Shown piece by piece: positions 35,552 through 43,908 of a stretch of DNA of 44,035 nt; the first letter of the stretch is position 1; each line of letters starts with the position of its first letter. The position numbers and the translations under genes were made by a program. The DNA comes from a phage, in sequence record PZ179884.1, one strand, 5' to 3'. Under the pieces are notes generated by a model that was not told the origin of the DNA, searched no databases, and saw only the letters and a program-made list of their open reading frames with translations.

Positions 35552-35988
35552 CTACTATCGCGTTTGACGGAAAGACAATGGCCTGTGATACCCGTGTTGT
35601 GTGCGGGAGTAACTGTTACAACACAGACACAAAGATATACGAGAACGAATTTGTTGTTATTGGTGCGGCTGGCGATGCAGGGGTTGGTATCCTTTTAGTG
35701 GAGGACGATAGTATTTTAGTGCCTAAGCACTACGATTTTGATTTCTCTGCCTTGGTGTGGGTTAAAGACATCGAAACGTTGTGTAGGGTGGAGTTCTATA
35801 AATCTTGGGATTGTGCTCTTAGTTTGGTTATTCAGATTGCGGACAGCTTTTCCGCCGTTGGTTCAGGCGCCCCTTATGCCCTAGCGGCTATGGAATGTGG
35901 GTATTCGGCGCAAGGTGGTGTAGCAGTTGCATCGAAGTTCGACCCTGACACCGGCGGCAAGATTATTACCAAACAACTATTAGGATAA
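35548..35988 (+). CDS. HslV / proteasome beta-subunit-like Ntn-hydrolase (146 aa)
   Basis: N-terminal MTTIAF (Thr directly after Met) and GSGAPYALAA match HslV MTTIV and GSGGPYAQAA as recalled. Confidence 0.5.
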   Translation: MTTIAFDGKTMACDTRVVCGSNCYNTDTKIYENEFVVIGAAGDAGVGILLVEDDSILVPKHYDFDFSALVWVKDIETLCRVEFYKSWDCALSLVIQIADSFSAVGSGAPYALAAMECGYSAQGGVAVASKFDPDTGGKIITKQLLG

Positions 35989-36002
35989 TTCCTACCCGTG
36001 CT

Positions 36003-36042
36003 ATCCTCCAGTTACTGCATACTTAATACGCACCTGGAGGAT
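36003..36042 (+). promoter_or_regulatory. Hairpin pairing the holin Shine-Dalgarno (ATCCTCCAG ... CTGGAGGAT)
   Basis: Perfect 9-bp inverted repeat with 22-nt loop; 3' arm contains GGAGG, 8 nt upstream of holin TTG start. Confidence 0.4.
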
Positions 36043-36047
36043 TCATC

Positions 36048-36356
36048 TTGGATAAATTTACTGAAACTGTGACGGGGTGGCTTCTCGCTGCCGCACTAGC
36101 CGGAGGGGTAATCGGACTAAGGCAACATAAGTCCGCTATTTCCGGCCCTATCGACGGCTTATTCTTTATTGTAACCGGCTTCGCTTGCGCCGTATTTGGC
36201 GCGCCTCTTGCCGCTCAATGGTTTGGCATTACCGGGGAACGCGAGATAGCGGGCCTCGGATTCATCATTGCCATTCTCTGGATGCCTATCTATTCCCGCC
36301 TTTCTGGCATCGTATCTGGCGGCGATATTGCCCGCCCAGGAGGACCACATGACTGA
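36048..36356 (+). CDS. Holin (102 aa, about three TM segments)
   Basis: TTG start with GGAGG RBS; three hydrophobic segments; directly upstream of endolysin. Confidence 0.55.
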   Translation: MDKFTETVTGWLLAAALAGGVIGLRQHKSAISGPIDGLFFIVTGFACAVFGAPLAAQWFGITGEREIAGLGFIIAILWMPIYSRLSGIVSGGDIARPGGPHD

Positions 36357-36621
36357 GCTATTCTGGTTTGCCGTAATGCTGGCAATCGGTGGCGCATCGC
36401 TGTTTAATGTATACCACCCCAGTGTTGACGACGGGTTATTTGGTCGGGTGCTCTACATCCTGACTGCTATCGTTTGCGCTGCCGGATGTATTCACCTGTT
36501 ACAGGGCAGCATGTCTCCGACGCTGCCTGAGACATTAATCACATTAGTTGCGCTGCGCCAGATTCGTCAGGCATGGCTGTCATACGGAGGACATAAGCGT
36601 GTCTCGAAACATTTCAGATAA
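36349..36621 (+). CDS. Second holin / antiholin-like membrane protein (90 aa, 2 TM)
   Basis: ATG 36349 with AGGAGG RBS; two hydrophobic helices; in-frame portion of track ORF 36268-36621. Confidence 0.5.
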   Translation: MTELFWFAVMLAIGGASLFNVYHPSVDDGLFGRVLYILTAIVCAAGCIHLLQGSMSPTLPETLITLVALRQIRQAWLSYGGHKRVSKHFR

Positions 36622-37084
36622 TGGGTTGCATTTCACCGCTGCGTTCGAGGGATTCCGAGGTACTGCGTATCGTGCTACGCCGAACGAGAAGTACCTTACT
36701 ATTGGCTACGGAAGCTATGGCCCTCATGTGTATGAAGGGCAGAAGATTACGAAGGGGCAGGGCCTCCTGTTACTGAATCGTGATATGGCTAAGGCCGTAG
36801 CTGCGGTTGACGCAGCAGCACACCATTCATTGACACAGGCACAGTTCGATGCAGTGTGCGACCTGGTATACAACGCAGGTGCTGGTGTGATTGCTGCTAC
36901 TACCGGCACGGGTAAGGCACTGCGTTCTGGTGATATTGCAACGCTGCGGGCTAAGCTGGCGCTGTTCATCAACCAGAACGGCAAACCGTTACTTGGCCTG
37001 CGTCGCCGTACTGCCGGTCGTCTGGCGCTGTTCGACGGTAAGCCGTGGCAAGAGGCGGAGGCTATCGGGAGGGCTGTTAAATGA
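36599..37084 (+). CDS. Endolysin, GH24 lysozyme-like
   Basis: Motif FEGFRGTAYRA...TIGYG; GTG 36599 with GGAGG RBS (track start 36548 is TTG). Confidence 0.65.
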   Translation: MSRNISDNGLHFTAAFEGFRGTAYRATPNEKYLTIGYGSYGPHVYEGQKITKGQGLLLLNRDMAKAVAAVDAAAHHSLTQAQFDAVCDLVYNAGAGVIAATTGTGKALRSGDIATLRAKLALFINQNGKPLLGLRRRTAGRLALFDGKPWQEAEAIGRAVK

Positions 37085-37210
37085 TGGACGAATACGAAGG
37101 CGTTTAGTAAACTTATCCCTACGCTGTTTGTGCTTGCATACTAAGCCCCGGTAAACCCGAAGCAGCAGCCCAAGCGGTGGAGACTGCGTAGGGTTCAAGG
37201 GCTTATGGCC

Positions 37211-37242
37211 AAAACCCGGACCGCAAATCCGGGTTTTATTTT
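37211..37242 (+). terminator. Rho-independent terminator after the lysis cassette
   Basis: Stem CCCGGA / TCCGGG with loop CCGCAAA, followed by TTTTATTTT. Confidence 0.7.
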
Positions 37243-37247
37243 ACCAA

Positions 37248-37276
37248 TTGACACCTAAGACTAATCCGACGATACT
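37248..37276 (+). promoter_or_regulatory. Promoter TTGACA -17- GATACT
   Basis: Consensus -35; 17-nt spacer; -10 matches TATAAT at 4 of 6 positions. Confidence 0.45.
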
Positions 37277-37282
37277 TAAATC

Positions 37283-37347
37283 ACCTCCTGCTCCATCTCT
37301 CTTCTCTCCAGTTTTATCCCGGCCCTGACCCAGCCGGGATTTTTTTT
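37283..37347 (+). ncRNA. Candidate ~65-nt small RNA with CU-rich body and intrinsic terminator
   Basis: No ORF; body ACCTCCTGCTCCATCTCTCTTCTCTCC; contains CACCTCCT identical to the 16S rRNA 3' end motif. Confidence 0.35.
37317..37347 (+). terminator. Strong rho-independent terminator
   Basis: Stem TCCCGGC / GCCGGGA with 9-nt loop, followed by T8. Confidence 0.75.
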
Positions 37348-37369
37348 ATCTATTTTCTGCAATGACTAG

Positions 37370-37398
37370 TTGACTATTACCATCGACCCTATTATATT
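37370..37398 (+). promoter_or_regulatory. Promoter TTGACT -17- TATATT for the operon starting at 37433
   Basis: Hexamers with 17-nt spacer; downstream leader CATCGACAACGAG resembles class B leaders. Confidence 0.5.
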
Positions 37399-37432
37399 TA
37401 CTCCATCGACAACGAGAACGGGGTAGAGAGAA

Positions 37433-37621
37433 ATGATGGCTAAGATTAAGCATACCGATAACTGGGGTGATTTCATGGAGATAGAGAAATGCCGTGACGG
37501 GACATTACTTATAACTTGTACAGACGGAGATACCGACGAATCAGTTAGTGTTAACGTGAGTATGGATGATTTTATGATTATTGTTGAGCAAGCGGCGGCT
37601 TTTTACGGAGATGATAAATGA
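37433..37621 (+). CDS. Hypothetical protein (62 aa), acidic
   Basis: ORF track. Confidence 0.45.
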   Translation: MMAKIKHTDNWGDFMEIEKCRDGTLLITCTDGDTDESVSVNVSMDDFMIIVEQAAAFYGDDK

Positions 37622-37767
37622 AAATCACAGATATCGAAGCATTCAAAGACGCACAACTGATGGCGCGCATCGCCGTTAGTAACCTGAGCAACAGCATTCC
37701 AGCGGACGCGTTCTGGTTCGCTGCGATGCAGACACTTAAAGCAGCTTATGCAGGAGATAAGAAATGA
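37618..37767 (+). CDS. Hypothetical protein (49 aa), not in ORF track
   Basis: ATGA coupling at both ends. Confidence 0.35.
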   Translation: MKITDIEAFKDAQLMARIAVSNLSNSIPADAFWFAAMQTLKAAYAGDKK

Positions 37768-37961
37768 AAGTTAAAGCCGCTAAAATTCTCTGGTTAGCCG
37801 CCCTTGACTATGTCACAGAGGGTAAAGTGTATGATGTATACAACCCGACAGCTACTGGTTTCGGTTATATAGACTCCGACGACGACTGCCATATTTTCAT
37901 AGACTTTGGTAACGATGACGGTGATGGTTTCCACGGCGTTAAATGGGAGGTTGTAGAATGA
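37764..37961 (+). CDS. Hypothetical protein (65 aa)
   Basis: ORF track. Confidence 0.45.
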   Translation: MKVKAAKILWLAALDYVTEGKVYDVYNPTATGFGYIDSDDDCHIFIDFGNDDGDGFHGVKWEVVE

Positions 37962-38119
37962 GCGAACAAGGTCAAGTAAGCCAACCATTACGAGTAGGCC
38001 GTAAGGTGAGTCACACCCCGTTCCCGACACGCGAGGAACTGATGAAACGTAACAGTTTCCCTGGGCCGGACAAGAACAAGTATCTCAACCGCATGTGGGG
38101 AGAGCGTAAAAATGACTGA
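37958..38119 (+). CDS. Hypothetical protein (53 aa), not in ORF track
   Basis: ATGA coupling; translated by hand. Confidence 0.3.
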   Translation: MSEQGQVSQPLRVGRKVSHTPFPTREELMKRNSFPGPDKNKYLNRMWGERKND

Positions 38120-38297
38120 CCGTGAATATGAAAAGATGATGGTAGAGGCCGTTAACGGCGGCGTAGACATTAGCCACGTGATGTGCGTCCTGAATAATAA
38201 AATCGCGGTAGCCGAGCAAATGGTGGAGTCGCTTTATGAGACGCGCCGCGAACTGATTAACTGCTTCAACCTGAACAAAGGTGACACCAATGCCTAA
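38112..38297 (+). CDS. Hypothetical protein (61 aa)
   Basis: ORF track. Confidence 0.45.
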   Translation: MTDREYEKMMVEAVNGGVDISHVMCVLNNKIAVAEQMVESLYETRRELINCFNLNKGDTNA

Positions 38298-38589
38298 AAT
38301 CACAATTGCATCGCTCGAGCGCCGTATTATGGTGCTTGAGTCGGAGAAACAGACGTTAGGCGGGCAACTGTCAATTAACGGTGAGTTTCAACTGGAGGCG
38401 TATAAAGAACTTCTAGAGGCGTTTAAAGAGCTACAAGCCATCGCGTCTGACATAGAAAATATGATTGGATTGTTGCAATCCGGGGAGTGGGCCGAACACT
38501 GCACTAAATCGGCGTTAGGAAAACGGCTTGAGACGGAGATTACTGACATGCTGAGTTGTCTTGTTGAGGCGCCAGATGAGCACGCCTGA
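38290..38589 (+). CDS. Hypothetical coiled-coil protein (99 aa)
   Basis: ATG 38290 in frame with track ORF 38281-38589. Confidence 0.45.
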   Translation: MPKITIASLERRIMVLESEKQTLGGQLSINGEFQLEAYKELLEAFKELQAIASDIENMIGLLQSGEWAEHCTKSALGKRLETEITDMLSCLVEAPDEHA

Positions 38590-38758
38590 GCCGGTAGTTA
38601 TCGATGGCGTCCTGTGGAAACCTTACTCGGTTAACCACATCGACGCCGATGGGAAGAAGTTCAGTTTCTACATTTTTGCGATTAGCCGCGAGCACGCTGC
38701 GTGTGTAGTAGACGATATACGAGAAACGGCGTGGCTTGGCGATGAGATAGTGGGGTGA
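38576..38758 (+). CDS. Hypothetical protein (60 aa)
   Basis: ATG 38576 in frame with track ORF 38561-38758 (TTG start). Confidence 0.4.
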   Translation: MSTPEPVVIDGVLWKPYSVNHIDADGKKFSFYIFAISREHAACVVDDIRETAWLGDEIVG

Positions 38759-38762
38759 GAGC

Positions 38763-38846
38763 ATGAGTCTTGAGGTTGTTATAAGTCTGGTTGGTCTTAG
38801 TTACTTCATTGGGCTATTGGTCGGTTTTCTGTGGGGTAGATACTAA
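38763..38846 (+). CDS. Micro membrane peptide (27 aa)
   Basis: MSLEVVISLVGLSYFIGLLVGFLWGRY; TAATG coupling to next ORF. Confidence 0.25.
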   Translation: MSLEVVISLVGLSYFIGLLVGFLWGRY

Positions 38847-39016
38847 TGTTCAGCGACATCAACGCAGCAATCGAAGAAGCAATCTGGCGCCGTTACAACG
38901 GCGAGCAACAGCGTCACTTCTGCCTGGTGCAACGTGGTAACATGGTCGCCGTGGTGCAGGACCGCGATAACAAATATCCGAATGCGATGTGGACAACGAG
39001 GAATTTCTTAGGATGA
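38846..39016 (+). CDS. Hypothetical protein (56 aa), not in ORF track
   Basis: Translated by hand; ATGA coupling. Confidence 0.3.
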   Translation: MFSDINAAIEEAIWRRYNGEQQRHFCLVQRGNMVAVVQDRDNKYPNAMWTTRNFLG

Positions 39017-39249
39017 TTACCAGCATTCCTAACCTGATTAAAGAATTTGGTACGATGGCGGAGACATGCCGACAAACCGGTATCAACGAAATGACGATTG
39101 CTAAGTACAGTAAAGACGTTGATTGTGAGCGCCACGTAATTTATAACAATCGTCTGATGACGCACGTTAAGACTAGCCCGGTGTTATTCACGCGCCGTGG
39201 TATCACTAAAACTGAGCAACGTATTGCTAAAGAGGAGAGTGGAGAATGA
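39013..39249 (+). CDS. Small HTH-like protein (78 aa)
   Basis: ATG 39013 in frame with track ORF 38989-39249; HTH-like ETCRQTGINEMTIAKYSKD. Confidence 0.4.
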   Translation: MITSIPNLIKEFGTMAETCRQTGINEMTIAKYSKDVDCERHVIYNNRLMTHVKTSPVLFTRRGITKTEQRIAKEESGE

Positions 39250-39401
39250 AAAAGTTAACTATCTACTGGAAAACAGGGGCTACGTCAGAACTCGATGTTT
39301 TCAGCGTAACGCAGTGTGAAAAGTTCTGGTATGCCGAAACATTCAACGGTGAAGTGAGAATACCAATCGCACTGGTAGACGGCGGCGATATAACAGAATA
39401 A
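39246..39401 (+). CDS. Hypothetical protein (51 aa), not in ORF track
   Basis: ATGA coupling; terminator follows. Confidence 0.3.
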   Translation: MKKLTIYWKTGATSELDVFSVTQCEKFWYAETFNGEVRIPIALVDGGDITE

Positions 39402-39411
39402 CCAACCCACA

Positions 39412-39434
39412 AGCCCTCTACGGAGGGCTTTTCT
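39412..39434 (+). terminator. Rho-independent terminator upstream of terminase genes
   Basis: Stem AGCCCTC / GAGGGCT, loop TACG, followed by TTTTCT. Confidence 0.6.
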
Positions 39435-39528
39435 GTACATCCCGCCCAATCCCCTTATATAATCCATTTAGACGCGTAGGGCGCGTCTGGTGCGCTCTGA
39501 TGGTCAGACGCATATGCAAGGGGATTCT

Positions 39529-40038
39529 ATGAAGCTGAAACTTAAGCAGCCATCACCAGAGGTGGTGCAAGCTGCACATGAAGAAGCTGTTAGCGCAAAC
39601 CGTCGCCGTAAACGACCGCGCGGTAAACAGAGCCTTTATCAATCATCCCGTAATTCTGCGGCATTGTGGGACCCGGACTACTGTGACGCGTTAATCGAGT
39701 TCTTCGACCGCACGTCGTGGGAGCTTGTGCCAACGTCTAAGGGTGACGAACGCCCGCTGATTCAGGATAAACCACCGTCACTGGCCCGCTTCGCCTTACA
39801 CATCGGAGTCACTATCCCGATTATTAAGCTTTGGCTGCGTGAGATTCCCGCATTTGCAGAAGCCTGGGAGACAGCACAGGCGCTGGAAGAGGCATACTTC
39901 ACTGAAACGGGGGCCGCGGGCATCTCTGCTACGTTTGCTGCCGCGAAACTGGGCCTGAATAAAACAGTTGTCGCCGAAGAAGTACGCGACGAGCCAATCA
40001 GCGAAGTAACAATTAAGGTGGTGTCCGGTGAACGTTAA
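39529..40038 (+). CDS. Terminase small subunit (candidate)
   Basis: ATG 39529 (track start 39490 is GTG); basic N-terminus; directly upstream of and overlapping the large terminase gene. Confidence 0.5.
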   Translation: MKLKLKQPSPEVVQAAHEEAVSANRRRKRPRGKQSLYQSSRNSAALWDPDYCDALIEFFDRTSWELVPTSKGDERPLIQDKPPSLARFALHIGVTIPIIKLWLREIPAFAEAWETAQALEEAYFTETGAAGISATFAAAKLGLNKTVVAEEVRDEPISEVTIKVVSGER

Positions 40039-41299
40039 TATCACGGCAACGGAGCCGCAAGGCGCGTTTCTCGGTATGCATTGCAAGTTTCCGGCATTCG
40101 TAGCTGGCTTCGGTACGGGTAAATCCGAAGTTATGTGCAACTCTGCACTACTCGACAGCATGGAAGGTGGTAGCGATTCTATCATCGCCATGTATGAGCC
40201 GACTTATGACCTGGTGCGCCTCATCCTTGCACCGCGTATGGAAGAAAAGCTCACCGACTGGGGTATCCGGTACAAATACAACAAGTCTGACAACATAATC
40301 TATACGTCTTCCGGACAATTTGGGGATTTTGTTCTGCGTACACTTGATAATCCAGCACGAATCGTTGGCTACGAATCGTTTCGTGCGAAAATCGACGAGT
40401 TGGACACCCTTAACATGGAGCACGCCGAGCACGCGTGGAACAAAGTCATCGCCCGTAACCGCCAGTTGCCGCGGACATATAAACCTATTACACCGAAACC
40501 TGCTAATACCGTTTCCGTGTTCACTACCCCGGAAGGATTCCGTTTCGTACATGACCGCTGGGTAGTCAAAAAGAATCCAGGCTACGAGATGATTCAGGCG
40601 TCCACCCTGTCTAACCCGTTCCTGCCAGAAGATTATGTGCAGTCGTTACGCGACACATACCCGGGTCAGTTGATTGACGCCTACATCAACGGCGAGTTCG
40701 TCAACCTGACGGCGGGGACTGTCTATTACGCCTATGACCGCAGGAAAAACAGCAGCCGCGAAACAATAAAACCAGGCGAGACTCTGTATATCGGGCAGGA
40801 CTTTAACGTAGGCCACATGGCTAGTACAGTTTACGTGCAACGTGGCAAAGTCTGGCATGCAGTCGCCGAGTTGGTGGATATGTTCGATACGCCCGATGTG
40901 GTGAGAGCCGTAACAGAGCGCTGGAAAAGTAAGGGCCACTATATCGTTATGTACCCCGACGCAAGCGGTAAAAACCGTAAAAGTAACAACGCCAGCACAT
41001 CTGATATTGCCCAGTTACAGCAGGCCGGCTTCGAAGTGCGCGCTAAATCGACAAACCCACCGGTTAAAGACCGCGTAGCGGCGATGAATAAGGCGCTTGA
41101 ATCTGGTATGGTCATGATTAATGAGCAGGCTTGCCCGGTTACCGCACGATGCCTGGAGCAACAGGCTTACGACAAGAACGGCGAACCGGATAAATCAGGC
41201 GGTGTGGACCACCAGAATGATGGAACCACATACCCTATCGCGTATGAAATGCCGATTCGCAAACCAGTTATTAACGTCCCGGTGACTTTCGCACTTTAA
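40028..41299 (+). CDS. Terminase large subunit
   Basis: Walker A-like FVAGFGTGKSE near N-terminus; 423 aa; followed by portal gene. Confidence 0.7.
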   Translation: MNVNITATEPQGAFLGMHCKFPAFVAGFGTGKSEVMCNSALLDSMEGGSDSIIAMYEPTYDLVRLILAPRMEEKLTDWGIRYKYNKSDNIIYTSSGQFGDFVLRTLDNPARIVGYESFRAKIDELDTLNMEHAEHAWNKVIARNRQLPRTYKPITPKPANTVSVFTTPEGFRFVHDRWVVKKNPGYEMIQASTLSNPFLPEDYVQSLRDTYPGQLIDAYINGEFVNLTAGTVYYAYDRRKNSSRETIKPGETLYIGQDFNVGHMASTVYVQRGKVWHAVAELVDMFDTPDVVRAVTERWKSKGHYIVMYPDASGKNRKSNNASTSDIAQLQQAGFEVRAKSTNPPVKDRVAAMNKALESGMVMINEQACPVTARCLEQQAYDKNGEPDKSGGVDHQNDGTTYPIAYEMPIRKPVINVPVTFAL

Positions 41300-41311
41300 G
41301 AGGATTATTCA

Positions 41312-42793
41312 ATGTTAACTATGAACGGTCAGAATCAGGGTGTTAAGACAAAACACCGGGAATGGCTGCATCACTTCGATAAATGGCAGAAGGTACGCCA
41401 CGCTCTTGAAGGCGACCTTATCCGCTATCTGCGCAACGTCGGGAAGAACGAGCCTGACCAGACCTACGCAGCACAGCGACAGGAAGAATACGAGAACGGC
41501 GCTATCTGCTACAATTTCACCAAACGCACGCTGGCGGGGATGACTGGGTCAGTGATGCGCAAAGACCCTGAGCAGATTATCCCGCCTGAACTTGAGTACC
41601 TGTTGCACAACGCTGACGGTTCAGGTGTCGGGCTGTGGCAGCACGCGCAGGATACGCTGATGGAGATTAACTCGATAGGCCGTGGCGGGTTGCTGGTGGA
41701 CGCCCCGGAAACAGCCGCAGCAACGGCGGCAGAGCAGAACGCGGGATTATTAAACCCGGTAATCGCATTCTATACCGCGGAGAACATTATCAACTGGAGA
41801 CTCACCCGCATCGGTTCAGTGAACCGCGTGACGATGGTTGTATTGCGTGAGGCATGGGAATACTCGGAACCAGGCGCTGAGTTTGAAACAAAATTCGGCG
41901 AGCAATACCGCGTCCTTGACCTGATTGACGGTCGCTACCGCCAGCGCATCTACCGCTTCGATGCCGAAGGTGGCGCACAGGATGAAGTAATCGAAATCTT
42001 CCCGGAACTCGGCGAACAGTTGCGCGGTAAAATCCCGTTCACGTTCATTGGCGCAAGCAACAACGACGCCACTATAGACGATGCGCCTTTACTGCCGTTA
42101 GCTGAGCTAAATATAGGACACTTCAGAAATTCGGCCGATGTGGAAGAGGCCAGCTTTATAGTAGGTCAGCCGACACTGTTCATTGCCCCCGGCGAGAACA
42201 TGAGCATGGAGCAGTGGAAAGAAGCCAACCCACACGGCATACGCATGGGGTCGCGTTCAGGCCACAACATCGGCTCCGGCGGAAATGCGTTTCTGGTTCA
42301 GGCGGCGGAAACTAACCTCGCCAAACAGAATATGCTGGATAAAGAGAATCAGGCCATCCAGATTGGCGCGCAGCTTATCACCCCGACGCAGCAAATCACC
42401 GCGGAATCGGCCCGCCTGCAACGCGGCGCCGACACGTCAGTCATGGCAACAATAGCACGTAATGTAAGCATGGCGTATACCGATGCGTTGCGCTGGGTTG
42501 CGGGTATGCTTGGGCTTAGTGAAGATACTGAGATTGAGTTCAAGCTGAATATGGAATTCTTCCTGCAACCTATGACAGCTCAGGACCGCGCTCAGTGGAT
42601 GGCGGATATTAACGCTGGCCTGCTACCCGCCACCGCTTACTATGCTGCGTTGCGCAAGGCAGGTGTGACTGACTGGACAGATGAGGACATTCAGAATGCT
42701 ATCGAGGATGCACCTCTGCCGTTGGGTTCGGTTACTCCGGTAGCAGGAGAAATTCCGCAGTCAGCGCGGCAACAAGACACCGCTCAGCAGTAA
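41312..42793 (+). CDS. Portal protein
   Basis: 493 aa; position between large terminase and head morphogenesis gene. Confidence 0.65.
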   Translation: MLTMNGQNQGVKTKHREWLHHFDKWQKVRHALEGDLIRYLRNVGKNEPDQTYAAQRQEEYENGAICYNFTKRTLAGMTGSVMRKDPEQIIPPELEYLLHNADGSGVGLWQHAQDTLMEINSIGRGGLLVDAPETAAATAAEQNAGLLNPVIAFYTAENIINWRLTRIGSVNRVTMVVLREAWEYSEPGAEFETKFGEQYRVLDLIDGRYRQRIYRFDAEGGAQDEVIEIFPELGEQLRGKIPFTFIGASNNDATIDDAPLLPLAELNIGHFRNSADVEEASFIVGQPTLFIAPGENMSMEQWKEANPHGIRMGSRSGHNIGSGGNAFLVQAAETNLAKQNMLDKENQAIQIGAQLITPTQQITAESARLQRGADTSVMATIARNVSMAYTDALRWVAGMLGLSEDTEIEFKLNMEFFLQPMTAQDRAQWMADINAGLLPATAYYAALRKAGVTDWTDEDIQNAIEDAPLPLGSVTPVAGEIPQSARQQDTAQQ

Positions 42794-42803
42794 GTTCGCA
42801 TAT

Positions 42804-42824
42804 AGCCCCGAAAGGGGCTTTCTT
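42804..42824 (+). terminator. Hairpin, weak terminator after the portal gene
   Basis: Stem AGCCCC / GGGGCT with GAAA loop and short T-tract. Confidence 0.4.
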
Positions 42825-42829
42825 ATAGT

Positions 42830-43906
42830 ATGCTATTAACTTTAGCACCACAGGGTTTATCTATGAGCTTACTTACATCTCTAATCAGCCACCAGATATG
42901 GCTGCAACGCACCGCATCAGGTGAGGTGAAAGACCTCACGCCGTTTATTCAGGAGATGCGGGACGAAATCAAACGGCAGGTGCTGCTATTCGGCGACGAT
43001 GGCCGTAGCACCGCACGACTGAATAAACTGTTACGCGACTTGGAAGAAGCACTGACCGGACTTACGGGTGACTGGCAAACAAAGCTGACAGAAGACCTTA
43101 ATGAGCTGGCGGCGTATGAAGCAGAGTGGAACGTAAAAACGCTGACCGCCAACGTTAACGCGGAATTTGTCACCCCTACCGCGGAACAGGTGTGGGCCGC
43201 GGCCGAGTTTCAGCCTCTGTCATTAAGTGACAAGCCTATTGACTTCACTAAGCTGATGTCTGGCTGGGGCGAAGCGGAGGTCGCGCGCCTGGTAACGGGC
43301 GTTAAGATGGGCTTTGTACAAGGCCAAACCACACGACAGATTGTTAAGAATGTTGTTGGCGCGGGCGGCCTGGCTGACATCTCTGAGCGTAACGCGACTA
43401 CGGTAATCCGCACCGCGCTGTCCCACGTATCCAACGAGGCCCGTAACGAGACGTACCGCCAGAACGACGACATCATCGAGAAGTACGAGTGGGTGTCAAC
43501 GCTTGACAGCCGCACCAGTACGATTTGCAGGGTCAGAGACGGGATGACGTGGGAAATTGGTAAGGGGCCGATGCCCCCAGCCCATCCGAACTGCCGGTCG
43601 TGCACGGCTCCGGTAATCAGTTCCGAGTTCGACTTCCTCGATAAAGGCGCAAAACGCGCGGCTAAAGGCGCGGAAGGTGGCACTCAGGTAAGCGCAGACA
43701 CCACTTACTACGAGTTCCTTAAACAACAACCGGCGTGGTTTCAGGACCAGGCGCTCGGCCCGGTGCGAGGTAAGATTTTCCGTAACAGCGGTATATCGCC
43801 GGAAGAGTTTCGCGTAATATCTGTAGATGGTTTCGGGAATCCGCTCACGCTTAAGCAGATGGCGGAACTCGATAAACGTGTTGCTGATTATCTGAAAGGG
43901 GACTAA
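42830..43906 (+). CDS. Head morphogenesis protein (Mu gpF / SPP1 gp7-like)
   Basis: 358 aa; conserved position after portal. Confidence 0.55.
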   Translation: MLLTLAPQGLSMSLLTSLISHQIWLQRTASGEVKDLTPFIQEMRDEIKRQVLLFGDDGRSTARLNKLLRDLEEALTGLTGDWQTKLTEDLNELAAYEAEWNVKTLTANVNAEFVTPTAEQVWAAAEFQPLSLSDKPIDFTKLMSGWGEAEVARLVTGVKMGFVQGQTTRQIVKNVVGAGGLADISERNATTVIRTALSHVSNEARNETYRQNDDIIEKYEWVSTLDSRTSTICRVRDGMTWEIGKGPMPPAHPNCRSCTAPVISSEFDFLDKGAKRAAKGAEGGTQVSADTTYYEFLKQQPAWFQDQALGPVRGKIFRNSGISPEEFRVISVDGFGNPLTLKQMAELDKRVADYLKGD

Positions 43907-43908
43907 TG

